Source: Puniceicoccaceae bacterium (GTDB lineage Bacteria > Verrucomicrobiota > Verrucomicrobiia > Opitutales > Oceanipulchritudinaceae). Taken from it: a stretch of DNA of 64,000 nt. The stretch's first letter is position 1. The number at the start of each line of letters is the position of its first letter. The stretch covers positions 64,001-128,000 of the forward strand of contig JBFOMH010000009.1 of NCBI GenBank assembly GCA_040830765.1, read 5' to 3'. Made by a program: the position numbers and the translations under genes. Positions 43,927-52,638 of this stretch are shown in pieces. The notes below the pieces were generated by a model. The model searched no databases, was not told where the DNA came from, and saw only the letters and a list, made by a program, of their open reading frames with translations.

Positions 43927-44436
43927 TTATTGGCTTGATCCGGTTGTAGTTAAAAAGGACTTCTGCACAGTGGCTGTGCCGATGGACAAGGAGTAACCCT
44001 TGCTGGTCACATCTCCGATTTTGACCTCGTAGACGACCCCCTGAATTTCCGCCTTGAAGGTATCGCCTTCAGCAATGGTGCGGCCACTGGCCAATTGCAG
44101 GACACCACGGTCCCCCATCACCAGGCTGCCGAGCGGATTGAACTGACGGCTGATTGCCTTGAGGGCCTGGTCGTCAGGGAGCACTTCGCCAATGCCGGTG
44201 GAAACCGGTACATCCGCAAGATCTTTGGTTACCGGGGCCGGTATTTCCTTCTTGCGGACGCTGAAAGGCGAACGGATGTTACTGTAGTCGCCTTCCTCAG
44301 CATCGACGTTTTGCAAAGTGGCCTGCATGCCTGAAAGCATACTCTGTCGGGAATCGGCCGGCGTGATGACTTGTGAGAGGCCGGCGTGGCTAGCCAGGCA
44401 CATCACCATCGAGAAAAGAATGAATGCTTTATTCAT
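43927..44436 (-). CDS. PilP-position exported protein
   Basis: Signal peptide, RSPF motif, beta-rich C-domain; directly upstream of the secretin. Confidence 0.55.
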   Translation of the reverse strand: MNKAFILFSMVMCLASHAGLSQVITPADSRQSMLSGMQATLQNVDAEEGDYSNIRSPFSVRKKEIPAPVTKDLADVPVSTGIGEVLPDDQALKAISRQFNPLGSLVMGDRGVLQLASGRTIAEGDTFKAEIQGVVYEVKIGDVTSKGYSLSIGTATVQKSFLTTTGSSQ

Positions 44437-45013
44437 TTTTAAATGCCAGCACATGACAACGAAGGCGGGCGTTGAGTTGGTCTAGATCAGGTTCCTCTCC
44501 AGCGGACTTGGACACATTCAAGAGGTCCATGCGCACGATGAAGTCCTGCCGGTCCAGGAGATCCAGGAATGACAGGATTTGCTGTAGCGTTCCCTTCATG
44601 ACAACGTCATAAGGAATCACGGAAAAATGACGCAGCGGGTCCCTGCCAAGAGGCAGCGTTGCGCCATCCGAGGCGACTCCTTGGGAAAACTGGCGGACCG
44701 TCACGCCGGAAACCCGTTCCAACTCATAGAAAAACTCGTAATTGGAGGCAACGTTGTCGACGTTCATGAGTCGTCCCTTGATCGATGACAGTCCATCTTC
44801 AATGGAAGAAATGTCATCCTCCAATCCAGTCGAGCGCTCCACATTCTCCTGAATGTTTTTCCACTTGCGCTCCAGATCGGTTTGCTGGGATTCGTACTCC
44901 TGTATCTTAGGTCCACGCATAATTAACAGGACCAAAGATATGGGGATAATCAGCCCGCAAACAAATAGGATGGGATATTGCCTGATTTTTTTACTGATTA
45001 GTGACAAATTCAT
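44429..45013 (-). CDS. PilO/GspM-like bitopic protein
   Basis: N-terminal TM, coiled coil, ferredoxin-like motif IPYDVVMKGTLQQILSFL. Confidence 0.7.
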   Translation of the reverse strand: MNLSLISKKIRQYPILFVCGLIIPISLVLLIMRGPKIQEYESQQTDLERKWKNIQENVERSTGLEDDISSIEDGLSSIKGRLMNVDNVASNYEFFYELERVSGVTVRQFSQGVASDGATLPLGRDPLRHFSVIPYDVVMKGTLQQILSFLDLLDRQDFIVRMDLLNVSKSAGEEPDLDQLNARLRCHVLAFKNE

Positions 45014-45663
45014 AGCGAAGGCGCCTTTTCCACGCTGATTTTTACCAGCAACGTAAAATCGAAGTGCCCGAACTGGTTATTCCGGCTGAATTGGGCCATC
45101 TCCATTTCAATTCCTTTGCCCTGCAGCGAGGGCAGTTGCAGAAGCGCTTCCTGGAAGTCGCTCAGCACCTGGGCAGGTTTTGCCGGGGCATCCTCCAGCA
45201 CTTGCCCTTGCAACTGGATTACGAAGGGCGGGAGCTTGGTGTTCTGCTCCACGATGATCTCACTCTGCATTTCAACAACCGAAAGAACCATCCCCTCCTG
45301 CAGGGACTCACCCAACTGGGAAAGGAATGGATGGAACTGAAGGGCTTGATGATCAAATGCAACTGCCTCCGCAACCACCTCCGCACTCTGGCGGAATCGC
45401 TTGTTGGTATCGAGGATTTCCCGATTCTGTGAATCACTGGAGGCAACTTGCTGCTCCAGCTCCTTGACCGACTTGATCAAGGTCTGCAGGGAGTATTCGC
45501 GCATCCCATAAAGGGTGATGCTTCCCAACGCGAGTGCCAGGGCAATGAAGTTGAGAAGGAAACCAGTCCGGATCACTTTCGTGTCTGGAAGGGATTGCAC
45601 ATCCCTGAAGTCAGGGCGCCACAGCCGTTGGGTCGCAGTCTTGCTTTTTCTCAGGGTGGCCAT
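45010..45663 (-). CDS. PilN-like bitopic protein
   Basis: Single TM, coiled coil, L..L...L.EGMVL, IQLQG; position in the MNOPQ order. Confidence 0.6.
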   Translation of the reverse strand: MATLRKSKTATQRLWRPDFRDVQSLPDTKVIRTGFLLNFIALALALGSITLYGMREYSLQTLIKSVKELEQQVASSDSQNREILDTNKRFRQSAEVVAEAVAFDHQALQFHPFLSQLGESLQEGMVLSVVEMQSEIIVEQNTKLPPFVIQLQGQVLEDAPAKPAQVLSDFQEALLQLPSLQGKGIEMEMAQFSRNNQFGHFDFTLLVKISVEKAPSL

Positions 45664-45667
45664 CTTC

Positions 45668-46693
45668 TTATGCTTCCAGATTTATAAACAGGCTGAACAG
45701 GCCAAAGGCGGATGGGCCGAGGTCAGCAGATGAACAGGAGTCGCCGAAAGTCACTCCGATACCGTCCGCCCAGCCTTCCCAATCGACATCAAGAAGCTTG
45801 ATATCGAGTTCTTTGGAAATGACATCCGGGATCCAGTTCAAGTTCTCCGGCAAGGAGGTCATGTAAAGGTAGGGAATCGTCTGGCCGGTTTGTACTTCGT
45901 AAAACCCGGTCGATGCATTGAGCTCCTTGAGGATCTTGTTGAGCAACTTGGGCCCGATTTCACGGAAATCAAACGTGTTTGAAGAAAACAAGTTCCTTGC
46001 CGACTCTTCGTCCTTCAAACCCAGTTCTTGTTGGATAACGGGGAGGACCGCATTGAATCCGAAATTAACGGGACGGCACAAATCAACCTTGTCCTGCGAA
46101 AGTATGAAAAGGTTGGCTGAGTTTTGCGTCACCTCGAGTAAGAGCACCGGGTCTTCAATCTCCTTGACCTTTAAGTAGTGCTTCAGGCCGGCCAAACCGG
46201 ACAGTGTTCCGAGCTGCAGGCTCTGCGGGAAAATACCACACTCGACAAGGTTCTCCTGAAAGGCGGAAATTTCCCGCTTATCGGCACCACAAAGGAGCAA
46301 CTCCTTCTGGCTTGCCAACGCCCGGTCCGGAGAGAAGGCGGTGCCGCTCTGAACATTGATGGTAGCCATCATGCTCGAACCCGGGGTGATCCTGAACTGG
46401 TCTTCAAGAATCTTGGCAAAGTAATCCGGATCCTTCGCCTTCGACATCGATTCCAGGGTATGCAACCGGAAGAAACGACTCTCCGGGATAATACTGCAAT
46501 GCGAATGGATATAGCGGTTTCGGCGTCCAGAGGTTGCCTGTTCCAGGAACTCCTTGAGTTTGCCCGGCTCACTGCGCGGAAACTCGTTTATCGACTCGAT
46601 GGAAAAGGGCGGCGTCAGTCCGGTGACACCCGCCACCAGATAGGAGAACCCGTTAACCTCTACAAACAAGCCTTTGGTTTTCTTTGATAACAT
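45668..46693 (-). CDS. PilM-like cytoplasmic protein, divergent
   Basis: 341 aa, first gene of the secretin operon; CRPVNFG, KELNASTGFYE resemble PilM. Confidence 0.65.
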   Translation of the reverse strand: MLSKKTKGLFVEVNGFSYLVAGVTGLTPPFSIESINEFPRSEPGKLKEFLEQATSGRRNRYIHSHCSIIPESRFFRLHTLESMSKAKDPDYFAKILEDQFRITPGSSMMATINVQSGTAFSPDRALASQKELLLCGADKREISAFQENLVECGIFPQSLQLGTLSGLAGLKHYLKVKEIEDPVLLLEVTQNSANLFILSQDKVDLCRPVNFGFNAVLPVIQQELGLKDEESARNLFSSNTFDFREIGPKLLNKILKELNASTGFYEVQTGQTIPYLYMTSLPENLNWIPDVISKELDIKLLDVDWEGWADGIGVTFGDSCSSADLGPSAFGLFSLFINLEA

Positions 46694-46782
46694 TTAAACG
46701 GTACAGATTTTCATGTAGATCAAAGAGGGGAATCCTCCCGTCTTCCCTAAACTTTCATAAGTTTACAGCCTTTGAAGACAAG

Positions 46783-46812
46783 AAAAAAGCCACAGTTGGA
46801 AAAACTGTGGCT
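46783..46812 (-). terminator. Terminator after the small basic protein gene
   Basis: AGCCACAGTT-ggaaa-AACTGTGGCT preceded by an A run. Confidence 0.8.
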
Positions 46813-46844
46813 GTTATTCACTACAAATTTACGAACGACCGGGA

Positions 46845-46943
46845 TTAACCCCATGTACGCTTTTTATGGCGATTGGAGCGCGAGCGCTTCTTGCGCTTGT
46901 GCTGGGCGATTTTCCGGCGACGTTTCTTTCTAAGATTTCCCAT
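46845..46943 (-). CDS. 32-aa basic protein, AURKAIP1/COX24 (bS22/mS38-like) family
   Basis: Hand translation [32 protein letters not shown]; own terminator; below the ORF-track cutoff. Confidence 0.88.
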   Translation of the reverse strand: MGNLRKKRRRKIAQHKRKKRSRSNRHKKRTWG

Positions 46944-47020
46944 AACTAAAGTAATAAAACCGGGAAGAGTTTTTGTTTTTCCGAAGCAAGTAAAGCCTTT
47001 TCTGAGAAAAATACCTTATT

Positions 47021-47821
47021 TCAGGATCCGCGATGTTTTTCAAGTTGGCGGCAGAGTCCGTTCCACCTTGGAGGCAAGGGGCCTTTGACCACCTTGCCAT
47101 TTCCAAGGTCCAACGCCTTCAGGTAATAGGCTGGGCCGTCATAAAGAGGCCGTTCTTCAAGGTCGGCTTTGGGTTGGTAGCCGCGTTTGATTTTGGAAAG
47201 GAGTGGCAATGGGTCCCGAGCGTATCGGTGGTCGCCGAGTACCGGCAAACCGCATTCCATGGCATGAAGCAGTATCTGATGCCGCCTGGGGAAGGTGGTT
47301 TTGGCGGTCCATTCCCGGCATCCCGCCACCGGCCCATCCAGTTCAAGGCAAGTAGTGCTCCGCTTTCCGGTGGTATGGGATACCAGCATCCGGGGTTGGT
47401 GGCGATGTCGGGAAATCGGCAGCGTGCATTCCTGGGTTACTTCCACTGTTTTGCCGCGGGTGAGAAAACGGAAGGTGAAAGTGAAGTCGCCAGAACCGAG
47501 GCTGCTTCGCAGGTCTTCAGCCGTGTCCCGGTTCCGTGCGAAGAGGACGGGCCCGTAACACTCGGGATCCAGATCCGTCACTGCCCATAAGCCCTCCTCC
47601 CCAATGCTCATCCGCTGGAACTCACCTTTGCCATGATGGCTTTGGTGCCGGATGGCTTCCACCAGCACCGGCAGGCGGGGATACCAGCCATCTTCCTGGA
47701 CGAGGACACCAACAGGCTTGGCCAGTGCCAGCAGGTCGCCATCATCAAATAGGACGGGCAAACGGGCGGGCTGCATCCCGAGAAGGGGCACGGGAAAGCC
47801 GAGTTGAGGCATCTTCTCCAT
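47021..47821 (-). CDS. Divergent RluA-family pseudouridine-synthase-like protein
   Basis: LALAKPVGVLV, VTDLDPECYGPVLFAR, RRHQILLH, PVLGDHRY; the 5' extension in the ORF track overlaps rpsT and was discarded. Confidence 0.75.
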   Translation of the reverse strand: MEKMPQLGFPVPLLGMQPARLPVLFDDGDLLALAKPVGVLVQEDGWYPRLPVLVEAIRHQSHHGKGEFQRMSIGEEGLWAVTDLDPECYGPVLFARNRDTAEDLRSSLGSGDFTFTFRFLTRGKTVEVTQECTLPISRHRHQPRMLVSHTTGKRSTTCLELDGPVAGCREWTAKTTFPRRHQILLHAMECGLPVLGDHRYARDPLPLLSKIKRGYQPKADLEERPLYDGPAYYLKALDLGNGKVVKGPLPPRWNGLCRQLEKHRGS

Positions 47822-47848
47822 ATCTGGCCGGAAATTCAGGCTGTATTT

Positions 47849-47883
47849 AAAACAAAAACCCCCCGATGCAAAGACCGGAGGGT
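47849..47883 (-). terminator. Terminator after rpsT
   Basis: Minus strand ACCCTCCG-loop-CGGGGGGT plus TTTTGTTTT. Confidence 0.7.
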
Positions 47884-47910
47884 GAAAATTACCATGGTCC
47901 TGAGAACGGA

Positions 47911-48162
47911 CTAATGGGTGCTCTTGGAATGCAAGGCGTTGCGGGAAAGCTTGGACTTCTCGCGGTTTGCCTTGTTCTTGTGCAGGACACCAGACTTCAC
48001 TGCCTTGTCGAGGGCCGATGAGTAGGCACTCTTGTCGGCGTCGGAAGCTTCGCCCAAAGCCTTCTTGCGAAGCGTCTTCAATCGGCTCGTTGTGGCGGTG
48101 TTGCGCTCCGTCCGGCGGGAAATGCGACGAATGTCTTTCTTGGATGATTTTAGATTGGCCAT
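47911..48162 (-). CDS. rpsT: 30S ribosomal protein bS20
   Basis: MANLKSSKKDIR, LDKAVKSGVLHKNKANREKSKL. Confidence 0.96.
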   Translation of the reverse strand: MANLKSSKKDIRRISRRTERNTATTSRLKTLRKKALGEASDADKSAYSSALDKAVKSGVLHKNKANREKSKLSRNALHSKSTH

Positions 48163-48188
48163 AGAAAATTCCTTTAAAGAAACGGAGC

Positions 48189-48216
48189 AAGCTAGGTTCG
48201 AAGGCCCGCCTGTCAA
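48189..48216 (-). promoter_or_regulatory. sigma70-type promoter of rpsT
   Basis: TTGACA-N16-TAGCTT on the minus strand. Confidence 0.7.
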
Positions 48217-48222
48217 GGGAAT

Positions 48223-48891
48223 TTAAGCCTCCGTGAAGGGAAAAGGCTCGTCGGCTGACCAGGCGTGCAGGTCCTGCAGGTTCCATAATCCCAGCTTCCC
48301 GGCTTCCTTGAGCATGCGCAGGAGTATTTGTGCCGTCATGAATGCATCACCCAGGGCGGTATGCCGGTCATGGGGAATTATCCTGAACCAGTCGCAAAGG
48401 GCATCAAAGGAATATCCTTCCGGCTTGGGCTTTCGGGTAAAGCCTCCGGCCCCGGTGATGGCCAGAAACGCCTCCATGGTATCGATGGCCCTGTTCCGCA
48501 GCTGAAAGTTGAAATGCTTTTCACAGGCTACATTCAGCAAGGTAATATCATGCTGAATATGGTGGCCGACAATGATGCCATCCTGCAGCCACTCTAGAAA
48601 CTGGCAAATGGCCTCGGGCTCCTCCACTCCCTCTGCGGCCGCCTCGCGGGTAATTCCGTGTACGGTCACGGAAGAGGTGTTGTAATCGATCGGCAGAAGA
48701 ACAGAAAACTGGTCGTCGAGATGGATTTCCCCTTGCCTGACACCGACACCAGCGATGCTGATGATTCGGTCACGATGCGGATCCAGGCCGGTGGACTCTG
48801 AATCGACACAGGCGAAACGGAACGATTCCCAGTTGGCATCCTCAGGCAACCGGAATTTGTTGGCTTCGATATACTTTTCGACGCGCTTCAC
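48223..48891 (-). CDS. DEDDh 3'-5' exonuclease-like partner of DUF294
   Basis: VDSESTGLDP, VHGIT, GHHIQHD, RHTALGDA; GTGA overlap with the upstream gene. Confidence 0.9.
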   Translation of the reverse strand: MKRVEKYIEANKFRLPEDANWESFRFACVDSESTGLDPHRDRIISIAGVGVRQGEIHLDDQFSVLLPIDYNTSSVTVHGITREAAAEGVEEPEAICQFLEWLQDGIIVGHHIQHDITLLNVACEKHFNFQLRNRAIDTMEAFLAITGAGGFTRKPKPEGYSFDALCDWFRIIPHDRHTALGDAFMTAQILLRMLKEAGKLGLWNLQDLHAWSADEPFPFTEA

Positions 48892-50852
48892 CACTCCCAG
48901 GTACTGAGGTCAAACCGCTTGGCCGTTGATTCGAGGATTTTCAGGATGGTCCTGAAGGTCGTGATAAGAAGGGTCCGCGTCTCCGCATCCAAACCGGCAG
49001 GATCAATAACCGCGCCGTCCGTCCCCAGCTTCAATCCTTGTGAAATACGGGCATACTGGGCTATCAGGAAACCCTCGGACGCCTCGTGGAGAATATTGCC
49101 CATGTCCGTCCCCAGCCGGGCCTGCTTGGCCGCCTCATCGAGTCGCTTGTAAGTAGCCGTCGGCTGATGAGAGCCCGTTTCCAGGGTCAGGACCCTTCCG
49201 ACATCGACCAATGGCAGCAGGGCGTGGGATTTAATCGCCAATTCGCTGCGATGGATACCCTCCTGATCGACGACATAGCCACTGAAAAGGGTTTTTGGTG
49301 GCTGGTTGAGAAGGGAGTCACTGGCCATGTAAACGATGAATCCCGGGTTCGCAGTCAGCTCCTGGTGAATGTGCTTGCTCAGTTCTTCTGCCAGGGTAGA
49401 GCCGGCTTCCATGGCCGGTTTAAAGTCAAATGCATCCCGCGCACTGTAGACGTGGGAATCGACGGGCTCACGAATATATCTCGTGAATTTGGCCTTCATT
49501 TCGGAAAGCGGGAGGCACCACTCAGCCTTCTGGGCAAGCACGTTCTGCGGGCTTTCAAGGAAGCCACAATGACGATGCCCCTGGGCCACCCGGTCGGCAA
49601 GATTGTGGAAGAAGCTCCTCGCCTTCTCCTCCAGTTCGGATTCCGGATCCGCATAAACCAAGGCGTGGTATACCGCAGAGCGAATAAGCAATTCGTCGCG
49701 GCCACCGCTGCCCATCATGAGCCAGGAGAATTCAACGGGTGGAACACCCATTCCTTCCTCCTCCATGGCGATTAGGCTTAATTCGATGATCCGCTGGGTC
49801 AGCTTGCGGTTGAGCACCCCGACCATTTCCATCAACCAGATGAGCGACTGCCTGTTTTCAAGGAATTCAAGAATCAGTGCCTCCAGCCGGTCCCTTAAGC
49901 TACGCAGGGATGTGATATCAGGAGCCGAGGCAATCGCTTCCCCAATAACAGAGGGAAAGCGCCCATATTGCAGAAACAGGTTGCGTTCCGACACTAAGCC
50001 GACGGCCCGCGTGTCAAGGGTCCCGTCCTCTGTCACAATGAGGAAATTTCTTCCCGACCGGGTCAGCTTAATCAACATGTCGCCAGTGTTGTCGGTTGGA
50101 CTGGCCGCATCCAGGTCGCGGAACATCAGATCGCGAACCGGGGCGTAGGGTTGGATGGAACCTTCAAGGATGCGATCCCGCAAGTGACCATCGGTCAGCT
50201 TCCCAATTGGCCGGCCGGCATCATCAATCACCACAATGCAATCGATCCGCTTTGACTGGAGCTTCATCGCCACCTCACGGATTGAGGCGTCTCCCATGAC
50301 AGTAACGAGTGAATCCTTTGCCACCTGCTGGGGTTGGTCGACCTCCCACAATCCGCCTTTGCGCAAGGTAACGAGTGCCTTGTCACCTCCGGGTACTTCC
50401 TCCTCATGGAGGAACCCACCCCAGTGGTAGCTTGGGCTTAGGCTGAAATAGGCGGCCAGGTAGCGCCGGGCCTGGGCTGACTTTTCCGCCAAGTCTACAA
50501 AAAGTGCCCTTGGGAAACCATAGAGAATGGTTTCCGTTTCGGTACGACAGGTGTGCAGATAGGGCTCATCCGACCGAATTCCCTGCAAGCCCAGCATGTC
50601 CCCCGGACCCCGCAAATCGACCAGGGCTTCACCTTTTTCCGTCTCCTCAAGGATTTTAACCTGCCCTTCCTGGATGACATAGAGCCACTGGTTCCTGGGC
50701 TGACCTTGCGAGAAGACAATTTCCCCGTCCTCGTGAAACTTCACCTTGCTGTGCCCGGCCAGTTCCCGCAAGACATCGACCCCGAGGTATTCGAAGGGGG
50801 GATATTCCTTCAGGAAGTCAGCAATACGAACTGAGATGGAGGAACCTTTCAT
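48888..50852 (-). CDS. cNMP-binding + CBS pair + DUF294 nucleotidyltransferase-like protein with degenerate active site
   Basis: FLKEYPPF, LYVIQEGQV (cNMP); tandem CBS; MGSGGRDE; DUF294_C-like LLPLVDVGR and TYKRL. Confidence 0.88.
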   Translation of the reverse strand: MKGSSISVRIADFLKEYPPFEYLGVDVLRELAGHSKVKFHEDGEIVFSQGQPRNQWLYVIQEGQVKILEETEKGEALVDLRGPGDMLGLQGIRSDEPYLHTCRTETETILYGFPRALFVDLAEKSAQARRYLAAYFSLSPSYHWGGFLHEEEVPGGDKALVTLRKGGLWEVDQPQQVAKDSLVTVMGDASIREVAMKLQSKRIDCIVVIDDAGRPIGKLTDGHLRDRILEGSIQPYAPVRDLMFRDLDAASPTDNTGDMLIKLTRSGRNFLIVTEDGTLDTRAVGLVSERNLFLQYGRFPSVIGEAIASAPDITSLRSLRDRLEALILEFLENRQSLIWLMEMVGVLNRKLTQRIIELSLIAMEEEGMGVPPVEFSWLMMGSGGRDELLIRSAVYHALVYADPESELEEKARSFFHNLADRVAQGHRHCGFLESPQNVLAQKAEWCLPLSEMKAKFTRYIREPVDSHVYSARDAFDFKPAMEAGSTLAEELSKHIHQELTANPGFIVYMASDSLLNQPPKTLFSGYVVDQEGIHRSELAIKSHALLPLVDVGRVLTLETGSHQPTATYKRLDEAAKQARLGTDMGNILHEASEGFLIAQYARISQGLKLGTDGAVIDPAGLDAETRTLLITTFRTILKILESTAKRFDLSTWEW

Positions 50853-50912
50853 AGGGGCAGGGGTATAAGACGGATAATGACCATTATGAGAGCTCTGCAA
50901 GCAATTCCCGTG

Positions 50913-51824
50913 TCAGATTGCACAAGATATGCCCATCCGGTCTCCCACCCGGGCATAAAGTTCAGTCCCACTGGCCGTTAATTCAAGCAAATCGTCGGAG
51001 AGACGGATCCGACCAGGTTGAAAAATCGTGATCACAGAAGACCCCCCGAATTCGAACCAACCGAAGGGCTCACCCTTTAGGAAGGATTGGTCCCCGCGGG
51101 GACAGCGATAGCGGATCGAGCCGACATTAGTGGCCCCAACGGCAATAAAGAGGACATGCCCCAGCGAGTCGGTCTGGATGTGGCTCAAGTGCCGCTTGTT
51201 CTCCCAGATGCAGGAAAGCCGGTACCGGAGGGCGATGGGACTGACTGAATAGAGCCGTTTCCCCAGCCACCAGGAGTCAACCATGCTTCCTGGGACCGGG
51301 TAATGGAAATGATGATAATCAACCGGGCAGAGACGGCTGAGGACAAGGCTGCCACCGGTGAAGAGCTGGACCAGCTCCGGATCTCCTCCGAGCAACTTCT
51401 CAAGGTCCCATTGCTGTCCCTTGACAAAGACCCTTTGCTCGGTTCCCAGCTCCTGCCAGCCGAGATGTCGCCCGTCGGCCGGGAACACTACCGAAGCAAG
51501 GGCAGCATCAACAGGACGGGCATCCGGTTTCAGCTCCCGGCAGAAAAAGTCATTGAAGGAAACGAAGGATTCGGGTGGTTGGAGAAATTCTGAAACATTG
51601 AGTCCATACCTTTCAATAAAGGGCAGGATGCGTTTCCTCGATGCGGGGCGCTTCATCCACCAGCCAAAGATGGCTGAAAAGAAGGGTCTGGAAAAAAACA
51701 ACCAGCCAAGGGCCCGGCCCGGCAGGGTTTCGTAGGCGAACCGCAAGGCCCCATCCCCATAAACCGCCTCTTGCTGCATCGCCTTTTTGTAGCGGTCAAA
51801 GTAAGTAATGGGTTGCCCGTTCAT
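50913..51824 (-). CDS. psd: Phosphatidylserine decarboxylase proenzyme
   Basis: SFNDFFCRELK, PADG, RLCPVDYHHFHYP, VGATNVGSI, FEFGGSS cleavage site. Confidence 0.93.
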   Translation of the reverse strand: MNGQPITYFDRYKKAMQQEAVYGDGALRFAYETLPGRALGWLFFSRPFFSAIFGWWMKRPASRKRILPFIERYGLNVSEFLQPPESFVSFNDFFCRELKPDARPVDAALASVVFPADGRHLGWQELGTEQRVFVKGQQWDLEKLLGGDPELVQLFTGGSLVLSRLCPVDYHHFHYPVPGSMVDSWWLGKRLYSVSPIALRYRLSCIWENKRHLSHIQTDSLGHVLFIAVGATNVGSIRYRCPRGDQSFLKGEPFGWFEFGGSSVITIFQPGRIRLSDDLLELTASGTELYARVGDRMGISCAI

Positions 51825-51855
51825 TGCCTTCAGGGAAGATAGATGATTGGGCCTG

Positions 51856-52515
51856 TCAAAACAGTTCCTGCTGGGGCTCGATCCCCTGGCTTAATTGCAG
51901 CAACCAGCGGATCGACATTCGATCGCACATTTCATCAAGACTTTCCAGGTAGGTCAGCAGGAGCGAAGAAGCGATTGCGTCGTAAAGCGCACAATGCGGC
52001 TTTCGCCGTTTCTGCGGACAGTATTCATTGGCTGCCGCTTCCAATTGCTGCTGAAGCCCGAAGGTCTTGACGAGGTCACCCAGCCCGTAGGAATCCAGGC
52101 CCGGGAATATGGATTTATACAAGCTGAGCGTATCCACCCAGGGTCCCCATTCCTGGGAAGTGCCAAATCCGGCCCGCCAATCCGGAACCACCGGAGGAAC
52201 TGCCCAGGTGTTTTTAATAAAACTATTCTCGGCATGGCGGTTGTGCGCGGCAAAAATACCCTTCCGCCGCAACTCGACAAAGTGCGCATAATGGGAACTG
52301 AATAGTTCATGAGCCATCGCCTCGGTTTCCCCTATCCCATGCACCTCCCTGTCACGGGAATGGATCGACCCAGTTGGCCGGCATAGACTGGTCTCCGTGG
52401 CATTGATTTGGCCGCCAATCAGATGAACGACTCCATACTCCACCACTCCGCTGGCTGGGCTGCCTTCGAAATCGAGCATGTAGATGTGAGTGGATTTCCA
52501 GTCCGTTCCATCCAT
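51856..52515 (-). CDS. DEDDh 3'-5' exonuclease (DnaQ-like)
   Basis: LDFEG, VHGI, AHNRHAE, VDTL, HCALYDA. Confidence 0.82.
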   Translation of the reverse strand: MDGTDWKSTHIYMLDFEGSPASGVVEYGVVHLIGGQINATETSLCRPTGSIHSRDREVHGIGETEAMAHELFSSHYAHFVELRRKGIFAAHNRHAENSFIKNTWAVPPVVPDWRAGFGTSQEWGPWVDTLSLYKSIFPGLDSYGLGDLVKTFGLQQQLEAAANEYCPQKRRKPHCALYDAIASSLLLTYLESLDEMCDRMSIRWLLQLSQGIEPQQELF

Positions 52516-52638
52516 GCCACCACAATGAAGAACCTCTGGTGAAGCCTGCAAGCCTGCAGCAGCTTCGGACCCATCCGCTGCATTTGCTGCTTTTACAACT
52601 TGCCCAAAAAATGCGGATGCGTTTGGGTCGCAAAAATC

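Noticed and set aside
47822..48286. N-terminal extension of the 421-aa ORF, suggesting an S20/RluA overlap or fusion
   Set aside because: It overlaps rpsT in another frame and crosses the rpsT terminator; the likely start is 47821 or 47812
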